Positions 33,301-40,633 of a stretch of DNA of 64,000 bases are shown one piece after another. Under the pieces are notes generated by a model. It made no database searches and was not told the origin of the DNA. It saw nothing but the letters and a program-made list of their open reading frames with translations. Position 1 is the first letter of the stretch. Each line of letters starts with the position of its first letter. This stretch comes from Carpediemonas membranifera BICM. Its lineage: Eukaryota; Protista; Fornicata. Location of the stretch: assembly GCA_019828565.1 (NCBI GenBank), contig JAHDYR010000003.1, positions 557,409-621,408 of the forward strand. The letters are read 5' to 3'. Made by a program: the position numbers and the translations under genes.

Positions 33301-36300
33301 TGGACACAGCGCGGGCACACAGCAGGCGGACGTCCGGGTTCGGGTCCACGAGCACCTTGAGCAAGTCCGTGGAGATGAGGTCGAGATAGGGACTGATGTC
33401 CGCGGCGTCGGAGATGTCGATGAGCTTCACCAGGAGTTGGATCGACAGCTGCTTAACGGCGGCCTGCTTGACCTTGATGCCGTTGGCCACCAGCGGCATG
33501 ATGAGGCTGAGGGCGGCGCTGTCCATCTCATCAGTGAACTTGGCCTCGAGCAATGTCGTCAGGATCGTCCGGGTGTGCTTCTCAGGGTCTACCAGCGCCA
33601 GGATCAGCTTGGGAACGAGGGCTGCGACCTGGGTCGACTTGACGACGCCACCGATGAGACGGAGGGCGGACGTCGCGGCCTCTGCCACCTTGCCGTGGGA
33701 GTCATGCAGGAGCACCTGCACCTTTGGCACAATGGCGGGGAGGGCGGCCGAGAGCACCTCGGGCGTGGCGTGGGCGATATCGCCCAGATAGGTCACTGCG
33801 CCGAGCTTGACCTGCCACTTGCGGTTGTCCGCGGCCTTGAGGAGCACAGGGAGAACATCCCGGGCGCCCTGAGCCGTGAGGATCGAGATCAGCGCCTGGC
33901 CGGCCTCGTGCGCGGTCTCCTTGACCTCCTGGGCGGCGTCTGCGTACGCTGAAAGCAGGATCGCGAGGCAGCTCTCGGCGTGGGGCTCGAAGGCCTGGCC
34001 GAAGATGTCGACGCACGTGGTAATGACCATCATGGCGCCGTCCCTGCGGGCTACAGGGCTTTTTTTCTCCGTCACGAACTCCTCGAGCGTGTCGAGCACC
34101 TTGAGCCGCTTCACTGAGCCGAAGCCCATGGCGTGCAGAGCTGCGGCAACACCCCATGCCGCGCCCCAGCGTACGGGGTAGGCGGTGCCGTCCTCGAAGA
34201 ACGTCATGTATTCAGCGAACAGCTGGTTGGCGTACGCCGTGTTCGACCCGAGCAGGCTCGTCAGGATGTGGGCCGCGGCCCGCTGGACCGACCGTGCCGG
34301 CACTGTGAGGGCGCCCCTGATGCGGGCCATGGCGTCGGACCGGCGGGGGTCGGCGGGTGGCAGGGCGAGGGCGACGTTGCCGAGGCCGGTGAGGGCCGTG
34401 GACAGCTGGGGGTCGAGCTTGCCCGTAGAGTCGGATTCGGCCCGCTCGATCGTCTGGGACAGGATGGTGTGGATCGCAGAGATCTTGTCCTCGGATACAG
34501 TGGCGGGTGACACGACCGTGAGCGTCTTCACGGCGCCCCGGGCCTGCTCAGCGACCTCGGCGACGTCCAGAGACGACTCTGCGAGGAGGAAGGCGAGCAG
34601 GCGGTTGGCACTGGTCGCACAGTCGTCAGGCGTCGCGGCGAGCACGACCTCGTCCGTCCAGTCGAGCTTGGCGCCCAGTGTGCCCAGCAGGCCTGTGACG
34701 GCGGCCCTGGGTCTGATGTTCTGGTCGTACCGCTCGAACCCGGGCATGGCCCCGACCACCCACTGGGCAAGTTCAGTGATGAGCGCGGGGACCGTGGCAG
34801 GGTTGGCGAAGGCATGTGCGGTGATGGCCTTGGAGGCAAGCTCCGCGAGGTTTTCGTTCTTGCCAGTCAAATGTTCAATCAAAATCGGCGTCGCGGTCGA
34901 GTCGAGGGTGAGGTCAGCACCAGCAAGGACAGCCTGCGCCTCGTCGGACAGGGTCGACTCGTGCACCATCATGTGCAGCAGCACGCGGACGTCCATCGCG
35001 GCGTGTTCCGGGGCAGGGTGTCTAGCGATGCCCTTGACGGCGGCCCCGCGGAGGGTCTTGATGGGCGACATCAGACAGGGGGGCAGGCTGGCGAAGTTCG
35101 TGGCGTGGGCGATGAGCTCGGTGATGGCAGTGGCCAAAACAGTGCGGTCACCGGGATTCGAAGTCATGACCTGCGCCATGGAGGCGATAGGGAAGGCGTG
35201 GAGCTCAGTACCGGCGTAGGCGGCGACGTTGGCGACGAAGAACTTGCACAGCGCAGGGACGACGTCGTCGTACTCGTAGAACTCGTCCATGGCGAGGACA
35301 ACGGCGGGCAGCACGGCGACGGCGGCCTCGGGTGTGAGGTTGGCGGCGGAGACCTCGAAGATGGCGTCGAGGGCCTCTTCCTCAGCGTCGTCGTCCTCCT
35401 CGTCCTCAACAGAGTCGTACAGGACGCCGATGACGGCAACGGCGGGACAGGCGGATACGGCATGCTTGCCGAGGGCCATGACCTTGTGGGCCACCTCGGT
35501 CACCGTCATGCGGGCCTTGTTGATGCCCAGGGCGAGTGCTGTGAGCTCTGAGCTGGAACAGACGGCCCCGTGCCCGAGCGCCTCGATGACGAGGTCGCAG
35601 GCGTCCCCGACGAACCGGATCTGCTCGAGCACGCGGGACTTGACGGCCATGGCCCGCGCGAACTCCTCGCGGCGTCTGATCTCAGCCATGGACAGACCCT
35701 TACCCTTGCCGGCCTTGGCCTTGTCCGCCTGGGCCCGGGCAATCTCGGCAGCGTCCTCGCCATACAGCTTCTTCACCTGCTTGCTGATCTTGACGTGGGC
35801 CGTCGTGATCTCGTCGGGCCCGTCGGTCAGCTTGTCGTCGGGGGTGCGGGCGGTCTCGAGGTCCGCATGTGACACTGCAAGGAGGCCGGTCGTCGCGGGG
35901 TGGGTGGCGAACGCGGCGCAGAAGGCCTTGAAGAGGTCGGGGGACGCGACACACAGGCACATGATGGCACGGTAGATGATCTTGGATTCAATCGAATCTG
36001 AAGATACGAAAAGATCGACAAGATCAGACACGACAACCGTGCCGGGGATGCCGTGACCGCAAGCGTGCAGATATGCTGAGAAATCAGCGACACGGCCCGA
36101 GATGTTCGAGATGGCAGCTCCGGCCTTGATGGCCTCGATGGTGCTGCCCGAGGCGATGCTCATCTCCTCCAGCTTGAGGGAACGGGCGGCCATGGCCTTG
36201 GCAGCAGTCGGCTCGGCCACACGGCGGGCGGCGTCGTAGAGGGCGGTATCCGGGCTGGTCTTGGCCCAGACGGCGGCGCATGCATCGACCAGGCGGGGGG

Positions 36301-37549
36301 CGTCGGCCTCAGCGGCGAGGAACAGGGTGGCCAACAGGGAGTCTGCGTCGGCAATGGCGACACCCTGGGCGTTAGCAGCAAGCACGGCCTCGCAGAAGGC
36401 GGAGACGGGGAATGAGGCGTTGGTAACGAGGGCCGTGTCAACAAAGGAGGCTGACGTCAGCTTGTCGGCCTCGCCAGTGATCGACACGAGGGCAGCCATC
36501 GCCCAGAACGTCGCCTCGAGCTGTGCGGGCATCCTCTTGCCGTGTGTCTCGGCCAGCAGGGTCCTGAGAGGGCCGGCGTGCGTCTTGTCCGGGGTGGTCA
36601 TTGCCGCGCAGGCTAGTGCCGGGACAAACTCGATGGACTTCTTCAGCGTGGGGGAGGCGAGCTGCTTGGCGATGTATGGCCCGACGGCGTCGGACCCCGC
36701 GCGGGCAAGGATGCTGATGAGCGCGCGGTTACCGCCAGAGCACGCCACGGCGAGGGGGGCGTTGGCGTCGAGCTTCACCGTCGCAGCGACGACAGCCTCG
36801 ACCTGTGCGGCCACGGTATCGGACGCATAGTCGAGAGCGATCCCGATAGCACTGACTGCTCTTGCCCTATGGTGGGGAGGCTGTGGTTTGGCGAGCACAG
36901 CAGCGGCCACCTCGGCCAGCACCTCGGCGTGGGCGGGGTCAGCCTTGACAACGAGCCCGACTGTGCCGAGGATGAGCTCCGCGGCGGCCCTGGAGGGCTC
37001 TGAGTCGTCAATCGAGGTCAGGTGGGATAGGGCTGCCTGGAGTATCTCACGGGCAAGGAGGGCTTCCATGGCAGGAGCTGCGACAGAGTACATGGCGTGC
37101 AGCTTGTAGAAGGCTGGGAGGAGGGCGCGCTTCATCATCTTACTGCCCTCGGCGGCGAGTGTGGCCTCAAGGAAGTCGACGGGGATGACGGCGAACAGGC
37201 CGGACAGAGCCCTGAATACATGTTCGGGGTGCGTCTTGGTGCCGAGGATGACGGCGTTCTTGGCATAGTTCTCGAGGATCTTCAGCTCCTGAGGAGTGAA
37301 GGAAGCGCCCTCGGTGCAGAGGGGCATCACAACTGCCATGAGCTTCTCCATATCGCGCTTTCCGTCAATAGCGCTGAATACAGCGGCTCTAATCTCAGCG
37401 TTGCTCTCGCAGAGGCTCCTGAACGAGGGGGCGGCGGAGGAGAAGTGCTTCTCAGACTCAAACATCTTGGTGAGTCCAATGGCTCCTCCCTTGGCGAAAA
37501 GCTTGGCTAGATGTTCCTGGCGGCGAGCTTCAAGCTCACTCTCGTTCAT
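30380..37549 (-). CDS. GCN1: GCN1 HEAT-repeat translational regulator
   Basis: ~2390 aa of HEAT repeats. RWGAAWGVAA, GQAFEPH, KWQVKLGAV..LG, LSAALPAIVPK...LHDSH match the GCN1 eEF3-like region. Confidence 0.9.
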   Translation of the reverse strand: MNESELEARRQEHLAKLFAKGGAIGLTKMFESEKHFSSAAPSFRSLCESNAEIRAAVFSAIDGKRDMEKLMAVVMPLCTEGASFTPQELKILENYAKNAVILGTKTHPEHVFRALSGLFAVIPVDFLEATLAAEGSKMMKRALLPAFYKLHAMYSVAAPAMEALLAREILQAALSHLTSIDDSEPSRAAAELILGTVGLVVKADPAHAEVLAEVAAAVLAKPQPPHHRARAVSAIGIALDYASDTVAAQVEAVVAATVKLDANAPLAVACSGGNRALISILARAGSDAVGPYIAKQLASPTLKKSIEFVPALACAAMTTPDKTHAGPLRTLLAETHGKRMPAQLEATFWAMAALVSITGEADKLTSASFVDTALVTNASFPVSAFCEAVLAANAQGVAIADADSLLATLFLAAEADAPRLVDACAAVWAKTSPDTALYDAARRVAEPTAAKAMAARSLKLEEMSIASGSTIEAIKAGAAISNISGRVADFSAYLHACGHGIPGTVVVSDLVDLFVSSDSIESKIIYRAIMCLCVASPDLFKAFCAAFATHPATTGLLAVSHADLETARTPDDKLTDGPDEITTAHVKISKQVKKLYGEDAAEIARAQADKAKAGKGKGLSMAEIRRREEFARAMAVKSRVLEQIRFVGDACDLVIEALGHGAVCSSSELTALALGINKARMTVTEVAHKVMALGKHAVSACPAVAVIGVLYDSVEDEEDDDAEEEALDAIFEVSAANLTPEAAVAVLPAVVLAMDEFYEYDDVVPALCKFFVANVAAYAGTELHAFPIASMAQVMTSNPGDRTVLATAITELIAHATNFASLPPCLMSPIKTLRGAAVKGIARHPAPEHAAMDVRVLLHMMVHESTLSDEAQAVLAGADLTLDSTATPILIEHLTGKNENLAELASKAITAHAFANPATVPALITELAQWVVGAMPGFERYDQNIRPRAAVTGLLGTLGAKLDWTDEVVLAATPDDCATSANRLLAFLLAESSLDVAEVAEQARGAVKTLTVVSPATVSEDKISAIHTILSQTIERAESDSTGKLDPQLSTALTGLGNVALALPPADPRRSDAMARIRGALTVPARSVQRAAAHILTSLLGSNTAYANQLFAEYMTFFEDGTAYPVRWGAAWGVAAALHAMGFGSVKRLKVLDTLEEFVTEKKSPVARRDGAMMVITTCVDIFGQAFEPHAESCLAILLSAYADAAQEVKETAHEAGQALISILTAQGARDVLPVLLKAADNRKWQVKLGAVTYLGDIAHATPEVLSAALPAIVPKVQVLLHDSHGKVAEAATSALRLIGGVVKSTQVAALVPKLILALVDPEKHTRTILTTLLEAKFTDEMDSAALSLIMPLVANGIKVKQAAVKQLSIQLLVKLIDISDAADISPYLDLISTDLLKVLVDPNPDVRLLCARAVSITVSVMSESRRAYILKWLSASIIDPLSVAARQGAAAAQAYLIARDGLTDETVDRHIEGSRDADAGIAHGNLLVFASLPKLVRDQFTPYLERVLRTVVVQLGGSTDFIRKTSAAILAVCCQQYGEKHLAELSAALNVGLWSPASRLRQQCITQVTELFLQASGQDEITSCPIEALAQSQSAVVATIGPELYTDIMCAIYIARTSNQQSVRGAAVQAVKDLVVNRPRLVKCIQKPLLVTLFKFLSSEEAELRDDGLYALQDLVDKMGADSLAAIVAHIEDHVAADDYSMRRGAAIAINGLATNCPANILAVELDTLLVIARQLLGDEDEEVRDATADAVSALYVASYQADVVAKFVPAVLDDICTAETDSLLHGTCAVLAQQPNMLGLLIPILTAVPMAPGRVSALTSLAKAVGVAMVEFIGTVVDSVIRSQLEGNTLESAVQLLLVLGSFDFHEVFTTYTTIVVKEPELIGSAFQLMTAFYQRTETSLGIYKLRILEVALRQFNHPDAAAHASIIAHTKTCMSIIDDTDQIEALSLMRTVLMQAASERPLAVLHAKPGVDTLVPVLLSHLKSTSSTARETASGMIADIMQWSTAPALRTSCSSILGAYLRVINDFYPADVRVAMWRGLNAVILTTGAAGKPFFTPVTRAVLNCVKDVKMATQCGPRTAEVRLLARESLRLVLPHLPRAKQVLVQVIKEQPADDAGLASSIGLYSDIIETCPNIWAEPGNAAVGTESGQLQDAIFEALATVSGPLSRPATRDVSAQALASLLLSLDREEAAAQLEARLLSQSFDSLNGIGIAAVLGYLINAQPDMLDLELPSGVDLDEFAAEWLPKVFQACRSDDTCISFAETAERVCINADTSRGVRCVLTLLMLNLMKEPSQDIIIAACTALAHIAESNPALIAQYIHYSPGPMMEVLAHRSTRVRVAAEAYMYHAYQLGLGDHVVREVCERLPDEKKATMEKYAVRARSGNK

Positions 37550-37989
37550 CGTTGGCTTCTCTGGCGATATATCGCAGTCCAGCAACATAAACCATAAATG
37601 AGTCGCCATCGAGTGAGGCTGCCAGATGACCACCACTTCGGGTCATGTCGCCCGAACGATTGAGAGGATTGCAGCTCCGGCATCATCCGCTTGTGGCCGC
37701 GAGATTCACTCCAGGAGTTGGCATGTCGAAACCGCGAATATTATTTTGGAACCTGCCACCATTGTGGGCTTCGTCGGAGGCGCGGCTTGAACCACCATGC
37801 TGATTGGTCATACTGGTGCACGTCTCTGCCCTACTTGGGTCGTCAACAACGAGATACTGACCCGCTTCGGCTGTCGTGATCCCATGCCCCTCACGGCAGC
37901 CGGGTCAGGTCATGCTGGGGCTGACTCACTCAAGGTCATGGACCGCAGTTTTGGGAAATTTTCAGAAACAACAATTGCTATAGAGCGAG

Positions 37990-39162
37990 ATGCAGCTTGC
38001 TTCACCGCGAATTTCTTCGCGTGCAAGCCCGGGGATCATACGGAAACAATCCTCGAGCAGTCGTCTGTCGAATTCCAGCAGTACTGATAGCCATATTCGC
38101 AACCCCGGCGGAGAATGGAACAACAGCGTATCTATGCCGCAAATCCATAGCAGAGACCGCGTTACACACGTCCACTCTACGTTCCAGTCGATCAAGCCAA
38201 TGTACAACTTTCGTGCGAAGAGCGTCCCCAAAGTCCGAGGCACCTTCGTCCCGAAACCCACCCGCAAGTGGGAGATCGACCCCCTGACCTACATGGCCGG
38301 CAAGGAGCTCAAGGGTGTGACTGATAAGCCGCAGTACCTATCCGACCGGGTGGAGTGGGAGCCCAACGAGTCGGGCGAGCAGTTTATGGTCAGTAGCCAG
38401 ATCGACTACAAGAACATCGCCGACAGGGACAGAGCGTTCATGGAGGCCGCCAAGAGGAACACCCGCAAGAAGTCAGAGAGCATGTCGACCCGGCGTGGGG
38501 TGCGCACCGACCGGTACGAGCCGCCCGAGCACAGAGTCCACCGGCAGATGCTGGAGAACAGGATGAGACGGGTCCAGACGGAGTTCGGGGTGACTAACGA
38601 CGACGAGGAGGGTGTGATGACTGACGAGGTCCGGATGAAGAAGACGACGACGCCCATGATCTACACCCCCGGCGTGGACAAGAACCCCGATGAGTATTTG
38701 CCGTGGCGGCACAGCGAGGTTGTCGAGGAGTACGAGCGCGTGGCGTCCGTGATGGCCTCGCACCGCCCGTCCTCGCAACCCATGCCCGGGCTGCAGAGCA
38801 CGGCCATGCTTCCCACCCTGGAGGGCACGCCCGGGGCTAGGCTGGTGCATGTTACTAAGATCGGGAGCGTAGACCCTGATGACCTCGGGACGGTGGCGAG
38901 GAAGACGGCCAAGAAGGTTCGCGTGTTCCTGTCAGAGAAAGAGAAGGACGACATTGCCAACTGCACGTTCAAGCCAAAACTCATCACCCCGGCCAAGTGG
39001 GACGTCCACGAGGGCTCCCGGCACAGCGGCGTGTACGGGTACGTCCCGTCGGAGGGCAAGGAGGCCTGGTCCTGTTGCCTGGCGTACAGCAGGGACGCCC
39101 CCGGGTGCCAGCGGACGAAGCGGGTGGCGAACAAGCACGTCCGGTCCGGTTTCTGTATCTGA
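37990..39162 (+). CDS. Hypothetical protein with C-terminal Btk-type zinc-finger-like motif
   Basis: HSGVY...WSCC....DAPGC and CTFKPKL; start codon uncertain. Confidence 0.6.
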   Translation: MQLASPRISSRASPGIIRKQSSSSRLSNSSSTDSHIRNPGGEWNNSVSMPQIHSRDRVTHVHSTFQSIKPMYNFRAKSVPKVRGTFVPKPTRKWEIDPLTYMAGKELKGVTDKPQYLSDRVEWEPNESGEQFMVSSQIDYKNIADRDRAFMEAAKRNTRKKSESMSTRRGVRTDRYEPPEHRVHRQMLENRMRRVQTEFGVTNDDEEGVMTDEVRMKKTTTPMIYTPGVDKNPDEYLPWRHSEVVEEYERVASVMASHRPSSQPMPGLQSTAMLPTLEGTPGARLVHVTKIGSVDPDDLGTVARKTAKKVRVFLSEKEKDDIANCTFKPKLITPAKWDVHEGSRHSGVYGYVPSEGKEAWSCCLAYSRDAPGCQRTKRVANKHVRSGFCI

Positions 39163-39340
39163 AAACCCCGAGCCTCTACGCGCCATTGTATTCGATAAAC
39201 ACCCGCCCGTTGGTGACCTGCTTGCTTCGGGGAAATCGACAATGAGCCTAGCTGGGTGTGTCAATGCATGCACGGTAGCCTTCCGGGCACGTTGTGTCGC
39301 CGCGGCACACAACATACGCGGCCGCGCGGGTTATGCCGAG

Positions 39341-39360
39341 AGAAAGTTGTGCTATGGGAG
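39341..39360 (+). repeat. 20-bp direct repeat, left copy (apparent target-site duplication)
   Basis: AGAAAGTTGTGCTATGGGAG, identical to 40614-40633. Confidence 0.95.
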
Positions 39361-40613
39361 GCCAAAGGGTCGGTACGGCCCCCAGCCATGCATAAGGACG
39401 AAGTGCTATTTCGCAGGATAAGGATGGAATGCATGTGCCATTGAAGGGTCAAACAATGTGTTTATACTGCGCAACACTGCCCTGTCTCCCTCCTACTCAC
39501 GTCTTAAGTCGGTAGGGAGATCGTCTTCTCCAGGGCTTCCACAAAGCGTCTTCTTCGTGGACGTCAGCACAGCTGCAAACATCACAATCGCTCACACGTC
39601 GTCTCATTGTCTTCTATTCCACATTAAATTCACTTCTACACTTGTATAGGCTGGTAATGGTGTTCATCGTCGGCTCTTATATGTCATCATCTTCATCAAT
39701 GACCAGCTGCACACCTGTAGTGCGCAACAAGATGGAGATATATACGATCAAAGCCTCCATCAAGCAAGCTTTCAGACAGAACTACACCGAAGAACGGAGA
39801 GTGGGGGATTACGCCGCAGCAAAAAATCTCGACTCATGCCTGCTGGCCCGGCTCGCGGTTGAATGCTATGCGCAGCGCCGGCAACTCCCCCTACATGACG
39901 CCGACTTCCACAAAGGACTGATCACTCATCTACGCGGCGGTCAGCCGGGTCAGGCCTACGCGGCCATCGTGCAGTCACTCGACACTCTGCCGATGTGGCG
40001 GGAGCCTACCACGCAGGATCTGGTCGCGCAGCTCGAAGGTCGTGCGGAGTCGCATGGAGTGAGTCCCAGTCTCCGGAAGTGGTTCATCCGATACGCCAAC
40101 TCTGTGAAGCTGTGGTTCATTCCTTGCGCGCCATATCGAAAGTTCGCGAGAGAGATAGTACCCCTTCTCAAGAGGTATAACATTGTCGTCGATCTTAACA
40201 TGGTTAACGAGGACCACACCACCGTCGTCTGCCCTCACTGCCACGCCCCCTACAAGCGAGTTCGTCCGCGTGATGACCAGCACGTTCACCCACATCGTGT
40301 GATGCTCTGCGAAAATCCACAGTGCCGTGGTGCTCAGTGGCGCGCAACAGTTCCTGATGCTCTGAATGTTGATCATCGGGACAAGAGTGCTGCAGAGAAC
40401 ATCCTGTGGCGTTCTCTTGCCACTGAAGATGAGCACAGTGGCTCTCCATTCAGTCGCACCTCGATCCCGCGCCTTCCAACATCATTCCAGTATCATCAAT
40501 TGGCTAACCGCCAACATTCGTCTACGGACGGATGATGTTGTGCAGTTTGGCACTTTGATCGTTCCTTTCAGGCCCTGTCTGGAGGTTCGAACAATGTGTT
40601 TATACTGCGCAAC
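39361..40613 (+). mobile_element. Non-autonomous Fanzor-encoding element
   Basis: Bounded by the 20-bp duplication. Contains the Fanzor ORF, a structured right end and a 25-bp direct repeat (39452-39476 / 40590-40614). Left-end homologs elsewhere in the window; no transposase. Confidence 0.85.
39681..40535 (+). CDS. Fanzor (TnpB-family RNA-guided nuclease), internally deleted, RuvC-I not found
   Basis: VNEDHTTVVCPHC (Glu directly before the Zn ribbon), CENPQC, HRDKSAAENIL (RuvC-III); upstream APYRKF helix. Only ~285 aa; alternative ATG at 39732. Confidence 0.85.
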   Translation: MSSSSSMTSCTPVVRNKMEIYTIKASIKQAFRQNYTEERRVGDYAAAKNLDSCLLARLAVECYAQRRQLPLHDADFHKGLITHLRGGQPGQAYAAIVQSLDTLPMWREPTTQDLVAQLEGRAESHGVSPSLRKWFIRYANSVKLWFIPCAPYRKFAREIVPLLKRYNIVVDLNMVNEDHTTVVCPHCHAPYKRVRPRDDQHVHPHRVMLCENPQCRGAQWRATVPDALNVDHRDKSAAENILWRSLATEDEHSGSPFSRTSIPRLPTSFQYHQLANRQHSSTDG

Positions 40614-40633
40614 AGAAAGTTGTGCTATGGGAG
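40511..40633 (+). ncRNA. Candidate omegaRNA: scaffold to ~40614 plus ~19-20-nt guide from the flank
   Basis: cUACGg hairpin 40515-40534 and a long G-U-rich hairpin 40536-40614 ending exactly at the element boundary; 5' end unknown. Confidence 0.65.

Noticed and set aside
39452-40614. CRISPR array from the 25-bp repeats
   Set aside because: Only two copies 1.1 kb apart, with no spacer periodicity.
40366-40626. N-terminal 87 aa of the 774-aa ORF
   Set aside because: Element and omegaRNA sequence read from a non-ATG start; the family start MGVNGL is at 40627.
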